This document shows, piece after piece, positions 1 to 12,837 of a stretch of 64,000 bases of DNA; the stretch's first letter is position 1; each line of letters opens with the position of its first letter. This DNA is from the human T2T-CHM13v2.0 reference genome, Homo sapiens: the NCBI RefSeq assembly GCF_009914755.1, contig NC_060929.1. One strand, given 5' to 3'. The position numbers and the translations under genes were made by a program. Under the pieces are notes generated by a model, which searched no databases, was not told where the DNA came from, and worked only from the letters and a program-made list of their open reading frames with translations.

Positions 1-1026
1 TGTTTTATGGAAATATAATGAGAAATATAGACATGGTTTTGTTTAGTTTTTAAATTCAAGATAAACAAGAATTTCAACTGTGACATTATCTCTCAGCAAT
101 AGCCTTTGAATCTCTTGTGTTGTTCAATGAACTACTCACTAGATGAACCACTGGCCTTTGCAGGTATTAACCTCTGCAGTAGGTCATCCTACTTCATCTG
201 TACTGTTAGTAAATTAATCAAAAGCTAGCATCAGGTATGCACACACCTGCAGAGATAATGTGTACAGTGTTCTCCAGAGGGATGGGATTTGATTCTGTAG
301 GTGACACTGATGGAATACAGCAGTCAGGGTCTTAAGAAATTGGATAGATTAAATATATCACAAAAGAGACATTTTAATAGTCTAAAAATCAGTAAAGGTG
401 TTTTTCAAAATACATATAATTGAGAAAATATACACTACCCTAAAGAGAGAGTAGATTATGAGATAGAGATGCAGGAAAGAACTATCTCAATTGTGTCCCC
501 CAAAGCAAATAAATTTTTATTAAGTCCAGTACCTTGCTTTTTAAAACAACACGATAGCTTACAAAAGAAATGAAGCTTTAGTACACACTCTTGGAAATAC
601 CTTTTCAGATGATGGTGAAAATAATAAAACTGCAATGAAAATAATGACACCCATAATAGGACACACTGGGTGCATACAATATTCTCGGCACTAGGCTGAG
701 CAACACAGTGGGTATTTTACATACACATTCCTGAATCCTTGAAAAATCCATGAAGCCATGTATTAGTACTTACATTATTCATGCAAGAAAACTAGAACTC
801 TAAGGAAAAGCAAGAAACACAAACGATTCTTTTCATTTTATAATTTTCTTTATCAGTCTGTGATTTATCTTTTGAATGCCTGATTTTCTATCTTCTTCAT
901 CCTAGGGGAGAGAGTATTAAGTTCTTTAACAGCAAAGGATTAAAAACGTAGTCATTCTCTCCACCAAGATCTATAAAGTATTTTTTAGGGGCATAACAAT
1001 AAATAAGACAGAAATCTTGCCCTTTA

Positions 1027-1395
<369 letters not shown>

Positions 1396-1710
1396 TTAAA
1401 AATAAGACAAAGACATGGTTCTGTTATACAGAAAGGAGGGAAAGTGATGAAAATTATACCAGCATTACCGCCATTTTTTCTGTGAGGTAGGACTGAGTCA
1501 CATATATTTTTATATGTTGTGAGTTCTAGATAAATACTTAATAAATGTCTTACTCTGGGTTTAAATGTGAGTTAATCTGTTCCTCCCTATGCATCACCTT
1601 CTAAGAGATTTCCTCAGCATTTTCATCCACCTCATAATGCTCTTTCTCACTACGTCTATACTCTGTCTCATCCACATCATGATCTTTTGCTCTGACCATA
1701 TTGATGCTAC

Positions 1711-1733
1711 TAGGTTGGTGCAAAAGTAATTGC
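1711..1733 (+). mobile_element. Solo Hsmar1/MADE1 terminal inverted repeat fragment
   Basis: TAGGTTGGTGCAAAAGTAATTGC matches the Hsmar1 ITR start; no partner ITR nearby. Confidence 0.75.
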
Positions 1734-1950
1734 TCTTTACCTATGTATCTCTTTAAACACTTTCAAGTCTGTTGGGAGTTGGTCTATTTTGCGGATCTAG
1801 GGTCCAAATTCTGTCACTGATTGTTCTGCTGATGCGCTTAGTTCCATTCATTGTTTCATTAGTGGGTACCCTTTGACTTGAGTTCACCATCACCAAGAAG
1901 CTGTGTTTACAAGAGCCCCAAATCCAGAACTGAGAACACTGCCATGGGCA

Positions 1951-1969
1951 TGAACACTAGAGGGCGCTC
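1951..1969 (+). promoter_or_regulatory. CTCF-like motif
   Basis: TGAACACTAGAGGGCGCTC matches CCASYAGRKGGCRS at 13/14 positions with the CpG retained; TGC lies 11 nt upstream at upstream-module spacing. Confidence 0.5.
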
Positions 1970-4900
1970 TCAAACTCGAAGATTTGGTGTTAAGGCCCCT
2001 GCTGGCAAGGAAGGTTCTTATTTGGGTACCTCGTGGGAACCTAGAAAGCAGGCTTGAGGCCCCAGTTTCGTCTTCATGAGACAATGTCCACCCACAGCCA
2101 TCTTCCTCTTCTCGTCTTGGGGGGTGAATCTGCGGTTCTTTTGCGTTTTCCTTTTGCAGGTAGAACAGCTCACTGTAGCTTCCGGATTCAGTTTCTGGCC
2201 TCCCTGCTCATCAGGCTCAAGCCTCACCTGCTTCTCCCATCCCTGAGCATGTTTATAAGCCCCAGCCCCCAGAGGCATTTCAACTTGGGTTCCTACTGAG
2301 GATTCCAGACTTGACCTCTCTTTTTTATTTCTGTCCCCTGGAACTGTCCCTTTCTTGCTTTGGGGACGCTATTTTTTAAATGCCATTATATGAGGGTAAG
2401 AGATTTCAACCATCAACTCGGCCTACTGTTTTGCTGGAAATCTTACAAAAGAACTATCTTCTGTATGTTTTCACCTCAATTCCAGAGTAACTAGAAATAC
2501 TACCCTACGAGGGCAGAGACACTTAGTTTGAATGCGATTCCAATGTTTTCATGCTGATAAATATGAACATTTTAAATCTTAAGGGAAGATAGGTAGTTTT
2601 AAGTCCGTCCTTTCAATTTTACACCTGCATTTAAAAATATAATTTAAACTACTATTTAACCATTAATTATATCCCAAAAAAAGAGGATATGAAAACCCGA
2701 GTGAACACAGTTAATGTACTTGCCCCCATGGTTTTGAAACCCAGCCCACACACTTCCCAAACTCTGTAGTATGCTCTCATGGCTAGATGAATATCAAATG
2801 TAAGATGATTTCTATGGTTAGGAGCTGAGTTGAAAGCAGAAACTCTTTAGTCTTCAACTACAAGTTTCATTTTTTTATGTGCAAAAGTGTCTATCTGCAA
2901 ATGCACAAATGAGAAACAACAGACTGGCTGAAACCATTCAGCACCACACCTGGCTCCTAGGGAGTGTTCAGGATTTCTCAGCGACTGCCTCACCTCAGCA
3001 TAATATTTGTAATGCGTCTTACTTTTTACTTTTGAGTTTATTTCTTTGAATAGGGTCAGGAAAATCCATTAATTAAAGATTCCAGGACTCTAAAGTACAT
3101 TTCAAAAAAGCAGAATTGTTCATGAGATCTTATAACCATCCTAGGTTCTTTGGATATTACTTTGTGTGGTTATGTGGCCAGAGGAGTTTGGTCTCAGACT
3201 ATAAAAGGCATAAGTCTTTCTAATCTGTTCATAACCAAATATAGCACACAGGAAATCACTGCAAAGCGCTGATATAATCTTTTCTGTTTTACTCCATCTG
3301 AAGATGGTTCCTGCCTGAACCATGCACACTAATCATTTAATGTTCTACAGAAGAAAAGAACAAACAGAGCAGGGAGGCAGATGTGGCCACATACTGGATC
3401 TACACTTAAAACAGTGAATGGCTGCTACCCCCACCTCCTGCAGTAGGTAAGGGGGGTCATAATTACATGGTGGGGTAGGAATGGGTCAAAAGCAAATTGC
3501 CTGAGTGAGAGAAGTTCTAGAAGGTCACATGGTGAGACTGGCTGAAAAGTACCTCCAGAACTAGCAAATGTTTTCACTTGGCTTGAAGTCACAGAAAGAG
3601 CATTGCAGCATAATAGAATTACACATCCTTTGGGAGATATCCTTCTCTCACTTGGAGTGTGAAATTCTTGGTGATATCAACCGAAGCTCCACATAGTTAT
3701 GGAGGTAAAGGAAACTGGAGGCTTTGAGAATTACAAAACATACCACAGATGGAATATTATCCAACTATATTTCTTGCCTCCCCTAAACATCAGTTACACG
3801 GTTCTGTCAAGAGACTCAGAGCTGCCAAGGGTCAGTTGCTCAGTTGTAGCAAAAACTATTTTCAATTCATGGAATGGCATGACTAAATCAAAGAAAAATA
3901 AAATAAAAAGGCATTTCAAGTGGCCAGAAAACATGGGGCATATGGAAGTAGGCAGGCGATGAGGCAGGATGTTCATGGGAGAAGCACAGTATTTCATTAG
4001 CTCCTTTAAAAAATGTTGCTGAAGAAACCTGGGGTGCTCAAATTTGGCTCAGAAGGAAGGGGAAGTCTTAAATAAGTATAGTAATGATAAACACATGCAA
4101 AGTTCACTATAATCTTCCCACTCTTTCTTTCCTTGCTAAGTTAATTTTTCTTATAGCAGGCATCTTTAACAACCATGTAAATTTATTATTTTCATATGTT
4201 CTTTCTTTATTCTCTCTAAATTCCAAAGATTGCCCTTAAGAGCTTTCAAAATCTGAATTAAATCAGAGAAGACATTGAACAATTTTGTGCAGACACCTTT
4301 GAGAGTGAAGAACTATATCTTATAAATGGTGTGAATAATGCCTTTGGCCCTTAATACAAACTTATTTTATAGCCCTGAATGTAATTCCTACTACATATCT
4401 ATATTAGTCAGGCTTCACAGGTCTAGATGAAATTCTTTTCATCTAATATTTTCACTGAAGGAGCATAGCTTTTATTCACAAGGAACATCCTAATAGGATT
4501 TTAAAGCTTTTCCCAATGAGAGATGGCTTGCTTTTATCATGCTCCTTGAGGAGAAAAAAGCTTAAGAGGTTTCAAATAAACAGCTTATCAATATCAAATA
4601 TTATTTAATCAGACCAAAGACATAGTTAGATTAAAATTATAAGAAGGACAAATTATTGTGCACCAGCTTTCATAATTTTTAATTATAATTTCTACAATTT
4701 TATAACGTGAGTTATTTGAAAACATACTTAGCTATTCCTAAAGAGAGTCAAATTCCCATTGTTCATCTCAAAAGTCATAAAAAGCACCAACAGATCCTTC
4801 CATTCTCCCAAACTTGTTGTGACTCATATTTTTGAATTTCGAGTCATTCAATGTCTTCTAAAATACAAAAAATATATTAAAATGAGGAATTATTTATTTT

Positions 4901-5199
4901 CTTCTTTGTATCTCAGAATTGATTGGGAATAATTTGCAAGGGTTGAGTTTTCTGTTTCTTGTCAAAAGAGTTTCTGTTCAGCTATTTAATAAAACATGTA
5001 TTGAGTACTCATTGTTCAGAAAGAGCCCTTATGTAAAGCACAAGGTGGAGTATACATTTTATTTACTCACCAGGGTTTTATCACAGGGGAGACAGACATA
5101 TTCCACAACACATATATAAGGATACCCATTTCTGTGGGCAGATGCATTAGAAAATATACAGAACTGACAACACAGCTGAGGAGAAAGCTAAACTACCGT

Positions 5200-6090
5200 A
5201 GTACGGATCTTCCTTGCTAACAGAACCTGATTTTGTTAAACAACCAGGGCTGGAGCAAGGGCAAGGCTAGTAAGTACCTCATTTGGAGTGTAAAATTTCA
5301 GGGGATCAAAAAATTTCAGTAATCAAGATAAATAATATTTTAATATAATATTTTTCAAGGTCTAGATTAATGCAAAAATCCAGGAGGAGCAAACCATCAA
5401 CATTTTGAATAAAGACCCTGGAGCCCCAATGGGGCTCGGCAGGAGACTGTACTGATCCTGTCTTTATTTAAAATCTAGAGTGCTGTTCATCATTGCTTGA
5501 TTTTTTTGCATTCATATAGCTTTTTAAAATATTGCATTAGTATATTATTTATCTTGATTACTGAGTGTTTCAGCACCATTTAAATAGTGTACCCAAGATG
5601 AGTTCCTCACTCACCTAATCCTGGTCCCAGGCCTGCTGGACTCAGGACATAAATGGTGGTTTTTTTCCATTCTCCCTTGCCAGACACTTCCTTTTCAATT
5701 ACACCTAGAGGCAGCCACACAAATAGCTCTGGCCATTCATATGCAAACAATTCTGCACATGGCTTCATGTAAGATTTGGCTTTTGTTGTTGATTTCTGAT
5801 ACTAAGCAGAGAGCAAAGAAGCTGGTTGCCCCCACCCTCCCACTACTGCCTGTCTCTGAACACTGCCAGCAGCCATCCTAACATGAAATAAAAACCAAGG
5901 GCAAGAGCCAACCCCGTGAGGATTATTGAGCAAAATGACAGCACTTGGGTCCTTGCTGCCACTGTTGAGCTCTGAACCAGCCCTGCACTGCTACTCTTTG
6001 CATCTAGTTAGGAGACAATGAACATCCTTATGATATAAACCACAATTAGACTAACTATCTATTACCTGAAGTCAAAATATTTCTAATGGA
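5200..6090 (+). mobile_element. Old ERVL LTR (LTR16-like), interrupted by a MER96B-like element
   Basis: CTTCCTTGCTAACAGAACCTGATTTTGTT start and ...GGGTCCTTG...CACTGTTGAGC...ACCAGCCCTG... 3' part resemble the LTR16 family. Confidence 0.55.
5245..5635. mobile_element. MER96B-like palindromic hAT DNA transposon
   Basis: CAGGGC...GCCTG termini with long internal inverted arms (CAGTAATCAAGATAAATAATAT ~5317 vs ATATTATTTTATCTTGATTACTG ~5541). Confidence 0.75.
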
Positions 6091-6365
6091 TATTCTAGCT
6101 TAATAGCCAGTGAGCTTTCGGGGTAAGGGTTTCTAAACTTTACTGCACTGATGACTTAAAACATGTATGTTAATATTTCATCTCTGAATCATTTGCTTCT
6201 AGGTAGTGAAGCAGTGCAAATTCTCAATTGGAATATGGCTGTAATCTCTTTATATGGCAATTAATTGTGGAAATGTATGCAAATTGGAGGTCAAACCATC
6301 ATTCAAATAAAATATACTGATTTTTTCCTACTAAATATTTGTGACAAAAATGCCAGTGTCAATAA

Positions 6366-6708
<343 letters not shown>

Positions 6709-7121
6709 ACAATAAAGAATTCTATTGTGTTGTTGTTTGAGGATGAAGAAAGGAGGGAATTTTCCTGAAGAGATAAAGAATGTCCCAAATGTCCCTTATG
6801 TTCCCTTATTTCCCTAGTTTCAAGAGCAATAGAATCAATGTGGTAGGAACCTTAGATATAGTAGCCCTATGGGCTCATTTTTCACTTGAAGAAATTGAGA
6901 TGAAAATGGAACACAATAGATTTTCTATACATCAGAGAAGCAGTTAACAGCAGATTCACAACAATTGCACAGGTTTCCTTTCCTAGTCTGGTATTCTTTA
7001 AACATGAACCATGATGCTTTCCAAAAAATTGACTCAGAGAGGAGGCCAAGGCACATGAGTCTCTGAGCAGAACAGCCTACATCGATCTTCGTTAAGTGAT
7101 GCTGGAAGGCAAAGGTCTATA

Positions 7122-7327
7122 ATTATGCTATCCAATATAGTAGACACTGGCAATAAATGACTACATTTTAATTTAACTAATTAAAATTAAATACAATTAA
7201 AACGTATTACTTTAGAAGTAACATTTCAATCCTCAACAGCTACACATGGCTAATGGCTACCATATTTGTCAATACAGAATATGAGCATTTCTATCATCAT
7301 AGAAAGTTCTATTGGCCAGCACTGCTT
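7122..7327. mobile_element. MER3-like hAT-Charlie element
   Basis: GCTATCCAATATAGTAG...CACATGGCTAATGGCTACCATATT...ATCATAGAAAGTTCTATTGGCCAGCACTG pattern, ~205 bp. Confidence 0.7.
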
Positions 7328-7719
7328 TATAGCCATGAGTTCTCTTATTGTTCTGTTTCTAATTGTAGGAACAGGAAGAAAGGAAGGATCACCTATAGAA
7401 AACTCACCCTGAAAAGGTAAAAGAAGAATTGCATGCATTACTACAAAAGCTACTCAGGCTAAATATGTATCTCTCTTATTTCCTCTCCATGGTTAATATA
7501 ATATCTATTATTCCAAAAAGTATTTTTATCACTTAAATTCAAAAGCAATCTGAAAATCAACAATTCTCAAATGTGATGGCACCTCTGAAAGTGGTATACT
7601 CAGAAATTTTCCTCCAGACTGCCTTTGGGAGTTAAATAAATTAACTTTCTTATGCCAAGTTAACATGAACTTAGCCCTTAAAATAACTTTGTGAGGAAAA
7701 CTTTACTGATAAAACAGTC

Positions 7720-8123
7720 TGATATAGTCTGGTTGTTTCTTCTCTCCAAATCTCATGTTGGCATGTGGTCCCCAATGTTGAGGGTGGGGCCTAGTGGGCT
7801 GTGCTTGGAGAATGGGGGAAGATCCCTCATGAATGATTTGGGGCCCTCTTTGCCGAAATGAGTTCATGTAACATCTGGTTGTTAAAAAAGAGTCTGGGAC
7901 ATCTGCCCTGTCTCTCTTGCTCCCGCTCTTGGCATGTGATATGCCCATACCCCCTTCTCCTTCTGCCATGAGTAAAAGCTTTCTGAGGCCTCACCAGAAG
8001 TCAAGTAGATGTTGGTGCCATGCTTGTACAGCCTGCAGAACTGTTAGTCAAATAAACCTCTTGTCTCTATAAATTACCCACTCTCAGATATTCCTTTACA
8101 GTAATGCAAAATGAACTAAGTCA
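7720..8123 (+). mobile_element. MSTB-like MaLR solo LTR
   Basis: TG...CA termini, perfect 5-bp TSD CAGTC (7715-7719 and 8124-8128), MST motifs (AAATCTCATGTTG; GTACAGCCTGCAGAACTGT); AATAAA at 8051. Confidence 0.88.
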
Positions 8124-8414
8124 CAGTCTATGGTGGGTTTTCATTAAAGATAATCTTGGATTTCAAGTAATTTGCTGAAACATGTACACACACATACACA
8201 CACCTAGGTCTTATTAAATGTTACATAACACATTATTCAGAATTATCTTTCACATTGTAAAGTTCTCACATAATGCTTGGACGTGATGCCCAAAAATATG
8301 TGGCATTGTATCCTAACAAACTCAGGCTATTTCTAAAGCAATATGATTACTGGATTTGACACTCTCGACAAGTTTATGCATCCTCATTTGAGTTGGGACT
8401 AACGTAATTTCAAA

Positions 8415-9775
8415 AATTGGTTTCATAGAGGTATTATTTAGGTAGAATAATATTTACTCATTTAAATGTAAAATTTAATGACTTTTAACAAATGTATAAA
8501 ACCTGTCACCACCTCTTCATCTTGATATAGAATATTTGCAGCAACTCAAAAAATCTCTCGTACACCTTGCAGTCAATTTCTTCCTTGACCCTATATCCAG
8601 GCAGCCATTAATAGGTATTCTGCTGCTACAATTCTATCTTCCACAGAATGTCACATAATGAGATAATGAATACATATTCTTTTGTATCTAGACTCTTTCA
8701 TTTAGCATGATACTCTGAGATTTCATCTAGCTTGCTATCTGTATTTGTAGTTTGTTTCCTTTTTATTGCCCAGTAGTTCTCCATTTTACATAATTAATTT
8801 ATTCATTTCCATTGATGAACTTTTGGGTTGTTTCCAGTTTGGAGTTTTTAAGAATAAAGCTTCTATAAACCCTTGGATACAAATCTTTCTGTAGACATTA
8901 TTCAATATTATGTTACTGTTGGGAAAATACCTAGGAGTGAATTTTCTGGGACTTATTGTAAGTATATGTTTAACTTTTGAAGAAATGTCACATTTCCCAA
9001 GTGGCTGAATCATTATGCATCATCATCCTGCATTATTAACAACAAAACAAGAGGTCCAGTTGTGCCATATCCTTGCCAACACTTGGTATTGTCAGCCTTT
9101 CTAATTTTAGTCAGTCTGCAGTGTGTGTGGAGGTATCTCACTATGCAGTTATGTCTAAATTGCTAGTCCATTTTTAAAAATTAGATTGTTTTCTTAAGTT
9201 GTAAGACTTTATATATGCTGGACACAAGACCACATATATATATGGTAAATATGTGTATCTCTGTGTGTGTGTGTATGTATGTCAAATATTTTGCAAATAT
9301 TCCCACACAGTGTATGGCTTGCTTATCCATTTTCTTAATGGTGTCTTCGAAGAGAAAATGCTTTTCATTTGAATGTGGTCCAATTTATCAAATTTTCTGG
9401 TATGTGCTTTTCATATTCTAGCTAAAAAATCTTTCCTAATTCAAAGTTTTGGAAATATTTCTTATATGTTTTCTTCCAGAGGTTTTTAAATTTTTGCTCT
9501 TAACCTTAGGTCTGTCATCCCTATCAGGTAATTGTTGTATATTGTGTGAAGCAATATTTAGAGTTTACTTTTTGCAGAGAGATATACCATTTTTCCAGTA
9601 CCACTTGTTGAAGACTACTATTTTCTCATTGATTTACCATAGCCTCTTCACTAAAAGTTAATTGACAATATATATGTATATGTGGGCCTATTTCTGATCT
9701 CTGCTTTCTGTTCATTGCCTTATAGTTTTCCTCATGCAATTACATCATTGTTTTGAGTTCTTGTAGTGTAGGTCT
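8415..9775 (-). mobile_element. Ancient L1M 3' portion
   Basis: Typical reverse L1M 3'-end/ORF2 text (TTGGGTTGTTTCCAGTTTGG, CCTTGCCAACACTTGGTATTGTCAG, CCAGTACCACTTGTTGAAGA). Confidence 0.8.
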
Positions 9776-9924
9776 TCCAACATTTCCCTGCAGAACAAAC
9801 CAAAAAAAAAAAAATGGCAGTGCAGGAGCTTAGAGGCATACCTGGTTATCATTATGAAAGTTCCATCGCTGATGGAACATGTGTGATTAGATGAACCCCT
9901 TCCTTCACTTAACCCATTCCCTGC

Positions 9925-10130
9925 CTTATATTTTTCCTCAACCCTTATCACTATGTAACCAATTCTACTACATGTCTATATCTTATTATTGTCTGACTCT
10001 CCTAATAAAATGTAAACTCAGTGTGGGCCAGGATTTATTTCTGTTTTACTTCCTGGGGTAACCCTAGTAACTAAAACAATTTCTGGCACATAATAAGCAC
10101 TCAATAAATATTGACTGAATTATTAATGAA
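9925..10130 (+). mobile_element. L2 3' end
   Basis: TGGCACATAATAAGCACTCAATAAATATTGACTGAAT terminus. Confidence 0.7.
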
Positions 10131-12341
10131 CTGGGCCTCTGCTTTCATCTTTAAACAAGTAATTCTCTGTGCTGAAGCCAGAGAATTGAGTGGCACAAAA
10201 AATCAAACATACAAATGAGAATGACAACCGTTAATCACCTTCTGAGAGCTGCCATGAGCACTCTGCTCAGCCGTTCCTGGCGTCAGGGTCTTGCTTCATT
10301 GATTTTAGTTAGCAGGGTTTGCAGCCTCTCTAAGGCACACCCAGACATATTTTCAAGGTAGGATGGGTCAAATAGTGTTACCCCGACTTTTTACACTGGG
10401 GATTAGAGGAATCCATTCATTTTGGTGCTTTAGCACACAACATCACTGTGGATGACAGCATGAGTCTGGCAGGCTCTTAATCATGAATAAGAACACTTTC
10501 TCACTCATGGAACATGTGTGATTAGACTTGCCCCTGAGTCATATGAAGGAATTGGGAGAGCAAAAGAGAAATTAAAGAATAAAGCTAGAGATTACCTCCC
10601 AGCCTCTCTTTAGTCAATAATAAAAAAGATTCAAGAAAATACAAATTTAAAGTGTTGATTAAATTAAAAACCAAAGTAAATAAGATTTGGAAACCTTCAT
10701 GCAGTCTTTTTCTGTTGTTTTGTTGGTAACAGAGAGACATCACCACTGCTATCCACTGGAGATGGCATAAGCTTTGTCTCCCAAATGTAACCAAGGTGGC
10801 TTACCTTGTGCTGATATAAAGAGAAGAAAGGAGGACATAATCCAAGAAAGATACTGCCTAATTAAAACTTTACTCACCCCACATTTAATCTCCAACTCTT
10901 CCTCTGTACATAAAATAAGGATTTTTATCTACCTTCAGTATGACAAACAGATGAATTGCCCATTTAATGCTTAGAAAGATTATAATATACTTAAAGATAG
11001 ATAAAATACAATAACGTACCATTTGAGGCCAAATGGAAACACTATTTTAAATCAGAATTCTAACAGTAACTTTACAAATCCTTATTCCCAGTTTTAACTC
11101 AATCAAATTGCACAACTTTACTTACAAGCAATCCACTCAAAGACTTAAAATAATAAAAACTATCTCCCTATTGAGATAAATCAACCAAAAAACAATTGAA
11201 ATTTTACCTGAAGATAAAATATAAATATTCAATCTTATAAATTATTTAATTAGTGGCCCTAGAACGCAAAAGTAACATGAAAGTTATTAATAATTTTCAA
11301 AACTCAATAAACCATTTTCATCAGTCTAATTATTGCTTATAAAAATGCACAACAGGGACCCTCTCAGGTCTCATCAGCCAAAGATCAATAACAACATTAA
11401 AGTCCAGTCTAAGTATTAGAACCAATTCTCTTTGTTAATAACTTATAGTGGTTACATGCTGCATTTTCTCCTAACATCTCTGTGCACTCATGAATAATTA
11501 TTACATACCTAGATTATAGAATTGAAAAGTGGTTTTTTAAAAATATTTCATTTCTCCAGATAGAAAACTGACAATATATTTTAAAATCAGAAATGTATCC
11601 CAAAATGCATTTTGTAATGTAAAAAGCAGGCAATGTGGTTATACCTTAGCTGGTTCCTTTGCAAATAGATTAAAATATTTTGCCAATGTGATTTTGACAT
11701 TACATCACATAAAACATCCAGTCATATGCATGATAATGAAAAGACAAATTATTCATGGAACAAAGGATATTTAAGGATCCATAACAGCACGTTTCCTCCC
11801 CAAGTAAACTCTTAAGAGGATAAGTCATATCCTATTCTGAAACAAGTGAAGATCACACTTGGTTTATGTAAATTTTAGTTTACAGAGAAAATGTTGAGTT
11901 CAAGACAGTTTTCAACAGTTAGCAGTGTCTTCCTATATGTTAATCAGATTCATATGAAAATGTTAAAACTAAGTATTAAAATTAATGTCATGCTATCTAT
12001 TTCTAATTAAAATAAATGTTCTTAATTCCTCCTTGGAGAAAGTAGGACATTATCATGCAATCACACACATTTATGATTTCTAAAGGTCACAGTGGTAGAT
12101 CTGAGACTAGATGAACAGAGAGAAATACTGGAAGCAGTTTTACCCAAGATTTATATATTCAGACTCAGAAACCTCTGGAATCTCACAGGGACTCGAGGAA
12201 TCCTCTACTGCAGCCTGTCCTGTGGCAATGAGGTTGCTGTATCCTAATGAAGAGGCTAAACTCAGCCAGTACCATGACTCCACACAACTGCTTGGTGCAT
12301 TAGACACCAGACAGCCAAATCCCAGAGAAGAAACAGAGCAT

Positions 12342-12837
12342 CATGAGACACGCATGGAGCCATGGGACACGCATGGAACTGTGGGACATGCGTGGAGCCA
12401 TGCGGCATGCAAGGAGATGTGGACGTGCATGGAACCATGGGATATGTGTGGAACCATGGGACACACATGGAGCCATGGGACATACATACATGGAGTTGTG
12501 AACATGCCTAGAACTGTGGACACACATGGAGGGATGGGATATGCATGGATACATGGACACACATAAAGACATGGATATGCCTGGAGCTGTGGGACACACA
12601 TGGAACCATAGACAAGCATGGAGCCATGAGACATGCATGTAGCTGTGGGAGACACATAGTGCCATGGCACATGCATGGAGCCATGAGACACACATGCATG
12701 GAGCCATGTCACACACGTGCAGCCATGGGAGGCACTTAGATGGCACATAGAGGGAGACATGGATATGCATAGAGCCATGAGACACACATGCACGGAGCCA
12801 TGTCACACACATGGACCTGTGGACACACATGGAGCCT
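12342..12837. repeat. Degenerate ~19-23 bp minisatellite (consensus about GGGACACACATGGAGCCAT)
   Basis: About 500 bp of recurring GACACACATGGAGCCATG-type units; it explains the overlapping stop-poor ORFs. Confidence 0.9.
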
